DNA of 62,108 bases, filler included, from Chiloscyllium plagiosum (Eukaryota), in assembly GCF_004010195.1 (NCBI RefSeq). It is 6 parts of one record of this genome, joined end to end, with 100 filler letters (N's around TTAATTAATTAA, not from the genome) between each part and the next. Parts side by side here need not be neighbours in the genome. Positions count along the whole stretch, not along the records: positions 19,117 to 34,489 come from NC_057717.1; positions 34,590 to 48,690 come from NC_057717.1; 4 more parts are not named here. The stretch is one strand, 5' to 3'. Both the position numbers and the translations under genes were made by a program. The notes beneath the pieces were generated by a model. It searched no databases, was not told the DNA's origin, and saw nothing but the letters and a program-made list of their open reading frames with translations. Below, piece by piece: positions 26,553 to 37,500 of this stretch (its first letter is position 1; each line of letters starts with the position of its first letter).

Positions 26553-26811
26553 CAGGCACTGCAACAATAGCAAGAATGGGATAATAAATGAATTGAATCA
26601 ACCGAAGGAGCGTTCGAATACGATGATTCAGTGACATCCGATCAACATTGTTTGGAAAGAAACGCAACGTCTCAAAGAAACCCCTTCCTATGTTTGTACC
26701 ATTCCAATTTATTGTCACATTTTGCAGTGTTATCGTACCATCCCAATCCATTATGTCATTCCAATCCATTGATGTACCATTCCAAATGGTAGTTCTGATA
26801 TTCCAATCCAT
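26553..26811 (-). CDS. GPR139-like GPCR coding exon 1 (repetitive N-terminus and start of TM1)
   Basis: Open from ATG 26811: MDWNIRTTIWNGTSMDWND...LIQFIYYPILAIVAVP, ending at phase-1 donor CCTG|GTAAGT, compatible with the phase-1 exon-2 acceptor type at 16781. Confidence 0.8.
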
Positions 26812-27047
26812 TGTACCGCTTTAAAGCTTGTTGTCCTTGGATTCGAATCTAATGCTGTATCTGTCCAATCTCTCATTGCCAGATTCTTATGTATAGTTGC
26901 ATTATTCTAATCTGTCATTTCCCAGTACCAAACTATGATATCCTCCGTCTCTCTTTCTCACTCTCTCGTTTTCTGGTATCACTCATCACTGTTTGTACCA
27001 GGGGTTTGAAGCCACTGACACGATGAGAGAACAAATCGAGTGATGCT

Positions 27048-27090
27048 ACTTATAAAGAGGTGAAGTACACCCGAAGGTACCCAATTAGGA
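27048..27090 (-). promoter_or_regulatory. Possible core promoter of GPCR exon 1
   Basis: TTTATAAG on minus ~240 bp upstream of the ATG, with a CCAAT ~30 bp further upstream. Confidence 0.3.
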
Positions 27091-28191
27091 GCGATGAAGA
27101 CTGGCATTAGTCACAGTTACTAAACAAACAAGTTCAGTTAACTGTGTTCAACCCAACTCCCGCTGAGTCAGAATAAAACGATGTGTTGGAGAATGCCGGA
27201 TGGAATACTGATGTGATAGATGAATGTGCTGACTGTAAAACGCGAGTGTGGCTAAAGCCTGAGCATCACAAATGTGGAGCTCTGATTGTGAATGAGAATG
27301 ACTTAACCATTTAACTACAGATTAATGTGGAAACGAATATCCAAGGTTTAAGGCTCCAAGCTGAAGCCTGACATTCTGGGTGGGCTAATGAAAAAATAGA
27401 TGGTGAACAGTTGTTCAGACAACAAATAAATGTATGGTGTATTTGGCTGGATTCAGCTTCCAGCAATGTGAAAACATCTCTGCTGTTCCAAAGCATAGCT
27501 GTTCGGTACTTTATACCTTCTTTGACATCATTACTAAGTCGAGATCTGGGGCAGAGAATTTCAAAGATTCATCAGCATCTGACTGAAGAAGTTCGTCGTT
27601 ATCTCACTCCTAAATGGTTTTCTTCGCTTATGGGGAACTGCTATGATATTAGCCTACACAATCGGGGCAAAACTCATTTTTGCACTTAGTACCAATCACT
27701 TTAAAAGCTTCGGTATTTTCATGAGTGTTGCCAAATACTTCTAAATACAGATATTCCAAACGCTGCATCTTAAGGCAAGGAACCACAACTGTTTACAATA
27801 CACTAGGTGCCATCATATGAGTGTTCTGTTCTCTTTAGTCAAGACATCTTTGCTTCGATAATCCAATCTTGTTGTGTTAAAGGCTAACATGAAGTCTGCC
27901 TTCTGAACTGCTTGTTGTACATGCATGCTCATTTTCGGGGTCTGCTGAACAAAGAAACCCAGATGTCTGTTTGAGTCCTGTTGATGTTCTGACTGGTAAT
28001 GCCAGATCCCGATGTAAGAGCTGACCAGCTAGTTCATATACAAGCCGGAAGAAATGCAGCTATTGAAAATCAGAAAGTAAATCGAAAAATAGCGGCAGAA
28101 CATTTCTGAGGAAGGGTCACGAGAACTGTAAACTTCACTCTGATTTCTCTCCAAAGATGCTGATACATTTTATGTTTCATTCTTGTCCTTG

Positions 28192-28925
28192 TGTTAACGC
28201 GGATGAAATGATATCAGTCCGAGCCCAGAGTGCGGTTCAACAATCGGTAACGTTTATTGATACAGTAACACCGGCGGAAACCAACCGAGGTCCGAATCTC
28301 GGCTGTTCTGCTGTTCCCGCGCGCTGCTACACATTATATATCTTTCTTTGTCAGGATGTGAGGATTTTGAGTATGAATGGGATGTTGGTTCCCCATCATC
28401 GCTGGAGTAGGTGCAAATGGTGCGTTTCCAGCCATCCCAAAGGAGTTGCAGAGTACACACAATAGGGTGCTAATTGGATTATATAAACGGTTCCGGGTAC
28501 TACTTGCTTGTCTCTCTCTGTGAGGGCTGGGGGCTAGCACCCTCCTTTGTTCCCTTGGGGTGCTGGTGTGTATTAGTCTGTTCGTCCCTGTCTGGTGGAT
28601 GCCTGCTCTTTGTGTCAGGAGGGTTCTGTATTGATGAACATGGGTGTGTTTCAGTCAGTCTCTTGATTTGATTAGGAGATTGGTTTCCATATTAATTAGC
28701 TCCGGAGTTTCCGTCTATGAGTCATGGTTAGTGTCAGGCCTCGTGTGGATTTGATCTGTCCGCTGGCTCCCAACTCCCGGTCACGTGGGCGGACCGGCAG
28801 CTGCTGAGTTCTGTGGGTTTAAGCTGCGGTTTCCGTTTTTTAAAACACAAAATGAATTCCTGTAGTTGTACCGATGTAGGCATAGTCCCGTGGCAAATGC
28901 AGGGCGGCTCTGATGCCCACTTGCA
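28192..28925 (-). repeat. 3' LTR (~734 bp)
   Basis: Starts TG directly after the PPT and ends ..TTAACA; TATATAA at 28334-28340 and AATAAA at 28253-28258 on minus; left end could be 28190. Confidence 0.75.
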
Positions 28926-28936
28926 GTCCCCCCTTT
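28926..28936 (-). promoter_or_regulatory. Polypurine tract
   Basis: AAAGGGGGGAC|TG on minus, a canonical retroviral PPT/U3 junction. Confidence 0.85.
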
Positions 28937-29059
28937 CGGCATGAGTTGGACACGTCCACACCCCCGATGCCGATATCTTGAAAGTCGGTTCCTCGCCCGG
29001 TGCATTCCGCCGGCCATCATGCTGCAGTCATGGGGCCTTTGGATAGTCCCAGGAGATGG

Positions 29060-31167
29060 TTACATTAACTCGATCCCTGTGAGCTCATGGTGCCTGATCG
29101 CCCGCCAGATGTCTATGGCGTGGGTCATGGTCTCTCTGCCCTTTCGTTTCTTGTGCTGACGGCATGCGTGACACGCCACCAGGAGCCAGGTCAGAGCCAG
29201 CAGTAGCTGCATGCCTACAATGGTGTGCGAGATGATTCGGATCCAGGGATGTATGTTTACGTTTAGGCCCCAATCCCACACCTCTGTGCCCAGCCCTGGG
29301 ACTGCAGAGCTGTCTCTGTGTCCTCCTCTTGGTCCTTTATATGTGATTGCAACTGGTGGTACAGTTTCACTGAGTGTCCTACCCGGGTCCTAACCCCCCG
29401 TAAGACCTCGGCCAAATGTGGGATGGGGGCTTGTTCGGGTTCCTGATATTCCCTGAGGGTGTCCCTGAATTTGTCGGTAGTTTGTATAGACTCGGGGTTC
29501 CGTCGTCGGACCTCTGAGATGTGAGCTTGCCCAATCGTGACTGGGCGCCTGGGAGTGAAGCAGAACTCGTGCTGGGGAATCGGGCATTGCAGTCCATTAT
29601 ACCAAAATGAGGTTTCAAGAGTGGAAACACAATACTGTCCCCTTCCACCATACCCCGCCCTAGTGAGGTGGGGGTCCGTGGGTTCGATTTCAAGGGTGCA
29701 GCCCTGTGTCCGGTTGAACCCACATTCCGCTGTTTCACTCCTTCGTAAGGGGTGAGGGCAGATGGTAATTGCCCCCCGCCGCTTGCAGCCTGTAAGCGGC
29801 ACCCCGTACTCAGCACCGTTTCGAGATATGGCTGTGTGGAAAGCTAATCGATATTTGAGGGAAGCCTTTTCCCGTATGACTCCGATGTTGTCAATGTGAA
29901 ACAGGGCAAATGGCCCCGACTCTGGGGTGACCACGGGGATCAGGAGGACAATCCCGACTCCTGTCGCCTCACCGACCTCAAAGTCGGGCATCACTGGGTA
30001 TACTCTGGTCATACCCTTCAGAGTCCAGCTGCCGAGCGGCCCAGAGTCCCCCCCAAAGGTGAGGCCAGTTTGGCACTATCGATCCAGTCGGGCACCTCCC
30101 CCCTTTGGACCTGGTCAAGATTATGCCGGATCTGGGCAACCATCCACAGGCCATACGCATGGCACAGCTCCCCTCGTGGGTATGGGCCATGTTTTTCTTT
30201 CCCGGTCTATAAGGCGGTTAATGGTGTGGGCGTGTGTTTCCAGGACTTCAATGCCATCGAGCTGGATTTACGCTCCCTCTTCCCCCAGGAGTGCCTGGTC
30301 TGCCTGATTTGTGACAGATTTTTGTAGCAGGTCCCTCATTACTCCTTTTAGTTGCTTGATTTTTTCGTTAAGGCCCTGGATGTCTCGGGAGTTTACTACA
30401 GATGTCCCCGTGTTGAGTCCTGTGAGAGCATCGTTGACTATGTCCCGTCTGTGTCGTTGTGTGTGTGTGTTATGTATGTCGGTCCGGTAGTGGGTTGCCC
30501 CCATGGCGTCTATGGTCCTCTCTATAATCTTCTTCCCCACATGGCGTATAGGTTGCATACCTGTGCTGTGCAATATCCGGTACCCGGATGCCCGATATAT
30601 TGACCAGCACAGGTACGACCTCATGTCGGACGTTGTCATAAAGGGCCTCTCCCTCATCCCACAATATCAGTCCACCGCGGGCCCCGGACCCAGAGAGGGG
30701 CACGGCAATATCTCGGGAGTCGTGGTCGGGTTTGCTGTGTTTGGGGCGGGTGGAAAGCACAAATACAAGCAGATTACCGCGGCATTGGTGGGCTCATAAC
30801 ACCCGCAAACATACAGATCCCGTAAAGCGAAAACATCAAAGGCCGGGACAGAGGCGAGATCTCCGGCATGGCACACATTGTCCCAAACATGCAACCCCCA
30901 AGTCCATCGCCTCAGCACGCCGGAGGCAGGTCGGACGCGGGTGGCGCTCCGAGGTGCAGAATAAGCAGAGTGTCTGTACGGCCGGAAGGACCTCCAGCCA
31001 GGCGTTGTAGAACTCGTCGGGCTTGTCCCTTGCAGGAATACAGATGGCGTCGGACGCGTTGAAGGCAACACCGTGGCGGTAGATGTTGTCATGTATCTCG
31101 GGAAAGAAAGCATCAGTCGTAGGGCGAAGAGGAGAGCAGGGAGGAGAGCAGTGCACCGGTGAAGCAT
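29060..31167 (-). pseudogene. env: env, Mononegavirales F-like fusion glycoprotein (~700 codons, several frameshifts and stops)
   Basis: Signal peptide MLHRCTALLPALLFAL; furin site RHRR then DIVNDALTGLNTGTSVVNS and heptad IQGLNEKIKQLKGVMRDLL; CKRRGAITIC (CX8C) and CGFNRTQGC (CX7C); C-terminal heptad; TM IISHTIVGMQLLLALTWLLVAC; basic tail. Confidence 0.82.
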
Positions 31168-31170
31168 GAT

Positions 31171-31225
31171 CTGTGGGAAGAGAGGAAGAGACAGAGGGGC
31201 ACCCTTACCAAGGGTGTAGGGTTAG
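31171..31225 (-). promoter_or_regulatory. env splice acceptor with branch point
   Basis: CTAAC (31221-31225), then CCCCTCTGTCTCTTCCTCTCTTCCCACAG|ATCATG, 3 nt before the env ATG. Confidence 0.75.
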
Positions 31226-31300
31226 TGTGTGTCGCGCTGTAAGGAGAAAAAGGAGGCCGTTCGAGTCAAGTCAAAGGGGGGGTGTCTGTTCGGTCGGGGC

Positions 31301-34300
31301 TTAAGGGAAGGGTTTAAGCTGGGACCAGTGTTTCCATCTGCCCTTACCTTTCATGTCGACACAGGCGCAAGTGTCGCTGGTCAGGATGATTTCGTGCGGT
31401 CCCATCCACCGGGGGGCGAAGCTGGGCAGGTCGGGGGCGGCCCTGACCAGGACTTTGTCCCCAACGCCGGGAAAGGGTTGGGCGGGCAGATGCGGTTGCA
31501 GTTTTGTCTGGTCCCTAATGTCCTGCTGGTCGCGCGCAGTTTGTCTAAGGGCCCGCAGCTGCGCGTCTAGCTGCCTGATATAGCGCGTCATCCTGTCCCT
31601 CAGGGGGGGCCATGTCTTCTCCCTGGACCATGACGTTCTCTGGTAGTCGCATGGCCCTCCCCGTCATGAGCTCGAAGGTAGTGAGGCCAGTGGAGTGGCC
31701 TGTGGTGGCCCTTAAGCGCATCAGTATGCAGGGCAGAACGTCCACCCAGCCGTGCCCTGTTTCGGCGATCGCCTTCACGATCGCCGCTTTCAGGGTCCGG
31801 TTCATGCGCTCGACCAACCTGGAGCTCTGGGGATCGAACGGGACGTGGAAGCGCTGTAAAACTGGCGGCAGGCCAGTTTCATTGCGCGCCCAGCCCTGTT
31901 TCGGCGATCGCCTTCACGATCGCCGCTTTCAGGGTCCGGTTCATGCGCTCGACCAACCTGGAGCTCTGGGGATCGAACGGGACGTAGAAGCGCTGTCTGA
32001 TGCCTAGGAGGCGGCAGGCCAGTTTCATTGCGCGCCCAGTGAAGTGCGTGCCCTGGTCTGACTCAATCTGGAGGGGGACCCCCCAGCGCGGGAAGATTTT
32101 GAAGGCCAGCACTCTGGCCACGGTGGCGGATGTCCAGTCCCGTGTGGGGAAGGCTTCTCCCCAGCGCGTGAAATGTTCAACGATCACCAGGCAATAATAT
32201 TTGCCACGGCTGGAGGGTAGGGGGCCTGTGAAATCAACCTGGAGCTTCTCCCAGGGCCCCTTGGACCGTGGTTGGTGCGCCAGGGGAATGCACAGGGGCC
32301 ATCCCGGGTTGTGCTGGGCCCAGACAACGCATCGGCAGCAGTTTTTGGCCACGTCGCGGCCAAGGCCGGACCACCACCAGTCAGTCTGGAGCCTAGCAAG
32401 CATTCCGTCGCGGCCCGCTTGTGGTGTAGTTGCATCAAGGTCGTTCTGATGTCCGCGGGGGGCACGACCCTGCCGCCGTGCCGCCACACTCCATCGGGGT
32501 TGCGGGCTGCGCTCTTTGCCAGCCAGTCCTGCACCTCTCCAGGCTGTACGCAATTCTGGACGTCCAGGACATTCACGTCCCGGACCTCAGTAGCGGGTGC
32601 TGCATGCGCGGGCGGTAGTGCCGCGCCCGCGGCGGCCTTGGCGGCCAGGTCGGCCCAATGTTTCCCGAGCTGTTCACCGGTCGTGGCCCGCTGGTGTGTC
32701 CGAGCTGTTCACCGGTCGTGGCCCGCTGGTGTGTTTTGATTTTAACCACCGCAGTGAGCAGGGGGAGGCGTGTGGCCGCCACCAGGTAGCGGACCATATT
32801 TTCGTGTTTAATCTGCCCACCGCCGGCCGTGATAAAGCCCCGGCGGCGCCATGCTGCCATGTAATCATGGACTACACCGAAAGCATACTGGCTGTTGGTA
32901 AAGATGTTTACCCGCTTGCCTGTTCCCAGGCAGAGTGCGGCGGTGAGGGCGACCAGGTCCGCGACCTGGGCAGAGGTGTCGCCCCCTATCGTTCCCTGTG
33001 CTCGGGTGGTCCCGGGATGATCGACCACGCCCATCCCGTTTGGTAGGACCCCTCTACAAGCCTACGTGAGCCGTCCACATACAAGATCCAGTCGGGATCA
33101 GGGACTGTGCTGTCGGCCACGCAGTCCCCCTCCGCCGAGTCGATGGCAGCCTGGCAATGGTGGGGTTCCCCTACCGCGATAATCCCGTTGGCGGGGTTTG
33201 GCCCTGTGTCCCTAACGATCTGAATGGACTGGTCCCGGGGGAGGAGAACCGCCTCCCAAGTTGCTCTGTGAGCATCTGAGACCGTCCGGAGGCGGCCCAT
33301 ATTCAGGAGTATGACTATCGTGTGTCTAGTGTGTAAAATTATCTGGCCGGTCATGGTGACCGGCTCACACACCCGGACCGCCCATGCGACGCAATCCGGC
33401 GCCGCCACGCAGCGGTGCATGCCCTTCACGACCGGGGACTCCTTTGTGGAATAGTAACCCACCGGTCCTATGTGGTCGCCTGAGGTTTGAGTGACAACAG
33501 CGCTGTAAAAGATGTGGAAGGGCTTTGATCGGTTAGGGAGGAGCAGGGCCGGGGCGCTGAGGAGATGGGACTTTAACTTAGAATAAGCATCGTCCTCTTC
33601 GGGTCCCCATACCACCCTCTCCGCTCTTGGCCTTCCCCCCCTTAACTAGGCGCTGAATTGGTTCAGTGATAGTGGTGAAATGTGCAATGAAAGAGCGGCA
33701 GTAGTTAAAAAGCCTCAAGACGTGACGGATTCCCCTGACTGTGTCCGGCTGCGGCATGTCGGTGATGGCTGACTTGCAGACGGGGGGTAGGGTCTTGCTT
33801 CCCTGGCTGATGTCGTGTCCCAGGTACCGGAATTTAGCCAGTCCGACCTAGGCCTTCATGGGGCCTACTTTGAATCCTGCCCGGCCGAGGGTCTGCAGGA
33901 CGTCGACCAGGGCTCCCAGGTGGTGGCGCGCGTCCGTGGACGCGATTAAAAGGTCTTCTATATACTGTAGAAGGGTGTTCGAGAAGGGAGATAGGTCGCA
34001 CCCCTCCAGGGTCCGGCTCATGACCCCGTAGAAAATGTTAGGGCTGTTGTGGAAGCTCTGTGGCAGACGGGTCCATGTATACGGTCTGTCCCGCAGCGTG
34101 AAGGCAAACTTGCCCTGTGAGTCACGGTGCCGGGGAATGGACCAAAAGCCATTCGCCACGTCCAGGACCGTAAAGATCCGGTGTGAGGGTTCGAGGCCAT
34201 TGAAGATCGTGGTCGGGCTGGCTACAATAGGGGGCTCTTTGGGGGTGACCCGATTGAGTGCCGTGTACTCGATGGTGAGCCTGTAGCTCCCATCTGGCTT

Positions 34301-34488
34301 CCGGACTGGCCATATAGGGGAGTTGGTGGTGGACACTGTGGGGCGCAGGACACCGTGTCGAGTGAGCTCGGCAACGATTGCCTCAGTGGCGCGCAGCGCC
34401 TCAGGTTTAATCCGGTATTGTCGGTGCGGGGCGTGTAAGGGACCGGGTATCCGCTCAGGAGGGGAGCGGACGAGGCTGCATTCCTGCT
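31301..34488 (-). pseudogene. pol: pol (RT, tether, RNase H, integrase), frameshifted
   Basis: NSPIWPVRKPDGSYRL, LDVANGFWSIP, LPQSFHNSP, YIEDLL; LLSAPAL..PVGYYS tether; YVDGS..SAQVADLVAL..NIFTNSQYAFG RNase H; QVDFTGP..SDQGTHF..VERMNRTLK and PRWMGPH..HWSQLK integrase. Confidence 0.92.
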
Positions 34489-34589
34489 TNNNNNNNNNNN
34501 NNNNNNNNNNNNNNNNNNNNNNNNNNNNNNNNNTTAATTAATTAANNNNNNNNNNNNNNNNNNNNNNNNNNNNNNNNNNNNNNNNNNNN

Positions 34590-37500
34590 ATACAATCAGA
34601 AAGGCATCTTGCAAGGGCTGAAGTGTCCGAGAATGTTTAGCAAAATTTACACTTTGGCATCCAGGGTATAAGATAACACACTAATGATGTGTTCAATGTA
34701 ATAGACAAGGTTAGAAAGAAACACAAAACTCAAATAAAGTTATAGAAGCTGGCAAGGTTGTGATTCTCCATCACAGTCGTCAATATGTTTGAGTCCTTTC
34801 CTCCATCATAATTGGGATTGATTGAACATTTCCACAAGTGTGTAGTGAGCAGAGGTGAAGACTCACCTTATACCTTACAAACTCATTCACACAGAAACTG
34901 ACATAAGACAGTAATCGTGACAGTAGTGATGTGAAGAATAACAAAATGATACTGGCTTTGCAGAACTGTGTTTGCTCGAAGTGCAGGGCAGCACCTATGT
35001 TATTGTTAGCTCTGAATGTTTCAGAAACAGCCCGGATACCTCAGACAAGTTGCAGGGTGGAGCAAGTTTGAGATCGAGCACCACCGTTTAAATAAGAAAA
35101 AAATAGGACTCTAAACATCAACCAGTGTCAGGGTCAACTTGATTTGTGTGAGCAGTGGTGATTTCCGATCACTGCTCGCGCAGACATCGCCTCAAAAATA
35201 CGGCTTCCTGTTTAAAATTTCTATTGGATCATTTATTTAATTATTATCTGAAAACAATCTTATTGTTCTCTAATCTAATGCGTTTGATGCAAACATTAAA
35301 GGGCCTGATGGATATCCTTTGTTTAGTGACAGAAACTCATTTTCTTAATGTTTTCAGCTGTTTGAGTCCATGGAGAGTTGAAACGTGGACAAACCCAATT
35401 ATTGTCAAATGCCTCGGCAGGGTAACAGTCTAGTCTTTCAGCCACTGCACAACTCATCCACAAAAAAGTGAAAATGGGATAAACCAACTATTTTTCATGT
35501 GAAAGAGATTTAATGTCCAATAATTGAAGCTGTTACTTTTTGTCGGTAACATTATGCCCCAATTCAAATTTGGAAGTCATTCAGAAGTCATTTATTACAG
35601 ACAAAGGCCTTGACAGTCAAATGTACTTTCGTGCAGATTACAGGCAGCGAGCTAAGTTTTATGCAGAACCACAAGATAGTCACATGACACACCCTACGGA
35701 ACACAGAGCTCTGAACTTTTGCGGTTTTTCTTAAAAGCTGACAGCTGAAGTCATGGCTGTCTGAGCTCTGCTGCATAACCACAGACCGTGGGCGGCACGG
35801 TGGCACAGTGGTTAGCACTGCTGCCTCGCAGCGCCAGAGACCCGGGTTCAATTCCCGCCTCAGGCGACTGACTGTGTGGAGTTTGCACATTCTCCCTGTG
35901 TCTGCGTGGGTTTCCTCCGGGTGCTCCGGTTTCCTCCCACAGTCCAAAGATGTGCAGGTCAGATGAATTTGCCATGTTAAATTGTCCGTAGTGTTAGGTA
36001 AGGGGTAAATGTAGGGGTATGGGTGGTTTGCGCTTCGGCGGGTCGGTGTGGACTTGTTGGGCCGAAGGGCCTGTTTCCACACTGTAAAGTAATCTAATCT
36101 AATCTAAACCATGACCACAGAGGTTCTCCTGCATATCGGTTTGCAGCAGATCTAGCAGGACATCATGTCATAGTGTTGAAAGCAAGGTACAATGAAAATT
36201 TAATTTGAAACCTTCATGTTTCGTTTTCAATTCTCATCTTATGGTCAGAGGCATGAGTGGGCATGGCGCCGGACCACTGACAACCACATATCGTGCGTTT
36301 CTATGCCCACCAGTTACACCCAGCATAATTCTCGCAGACAACATTTGCAACATGAATTGAGAAGGGATATAACTTAACAACAAACAATGACAAAGGCAAT
36401 GAGAAAAATCAATATATATGGGTTGTAAGAGCCCTAAAAGACGTTAAGAAGCCATCCAACGTAGCCATTTGGGTCATAGTCATGGAAATGCCTCTATTAC
36501 TCATTACTTTTGTCTACTTCTCGTCATATGTGGTCTGCCAATTTAAACATACTGTCTGAGGTGTCCGGGCTGTTAGTGAAACATTCAGAGCTAATAACAA
36601 CATGGGTGCTGCCCTGCGCTTCCAGCAAATAGTCAAGGGCCAGACATTTCGGTAAAGCCAGTATCATTTTTGTTTTCTCCACATCACTACTGTCACGATT
36701 CCTGTCTTGAAGTCAGTTTCTGTGTGAATTATGTGTCATGTCTTATCGTTTTAACTGTGGTCTTGTGTCCTCTCGAGACACATTAATCCATTTGTAAAGT
36801 AGATGCTGGTTCGTCAGTGCAAAATTCTATTGATCGCAGCATTCTGTCATGTTCGTTACTTCTGAGATAATGATCACTTTTGCACACTTACATGGGTATT
36901 CCAAGACTGCCTCGCGTTTTTGACTTCCACATGATCTTAGTAAAAGATCAATGAAATTTTACTTGTCTCACCATGTACAGGCCCAATGCCTCGGCTAGTG
37001 GCTTGATCACCAAGTTCTCCAAAGAAAGACAAGGCACAATCATCACCAAAAGAATCTGTGAGTTTCATAATTTAACTTGACCTGCCTTTTTACTGAAATG
37101 CATGATAATTTCCAGTGCCAATTCATTCCATTTCCAGTTATTGTTCGTGCTGTCTCGTAATCCCCTTTCAGATTTTGATTATCAAAATGGATAACCTCGC
37201 ATTTCTCTGTATTAAACATCTTACACCTTGCATTCAGCCATGCTCTCCAAATAATTGCACACCACAATCTCCACAGTTTATGCTCCCTCAGCAGTAATCT
37301 GTCATCTTTGGAGATTTACGTATCTCTCAGATTAACAACATTGAGTTTGGAGTTCGCTGAGCTGCTACGGTATTCAGGGATTCAATGGGGTGGTCTGGTG
37401 TAGTTGCGACTTTGTCCTGCAGCTGTCTCAAAGTTAAAGTGATGGTTGACTTGTGAGAGGAAGATTGTGACTGTATACCATGAAGCAGGCACATGAGTGT

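Larger units (their letters stand above)
28192..34488 (-). mobile_element. Endogenous retrovirus, lokiretrovirus-like (pol-env-3'LTR; gag, protease and 5' LTR lost in the gap)
   Basis: GC/CpG-rich island; order RT-tether-RNase H-IN, splice acceptor, env, PPT, LTR. Confidence 0.88.

Noticed and set aside
28734..29020. Short ORFs between env and the LTR as possible accessory genes
   Set aside because: 75-79 aa in GC-rich DNA, non-ATG or weak starts, no motifs.
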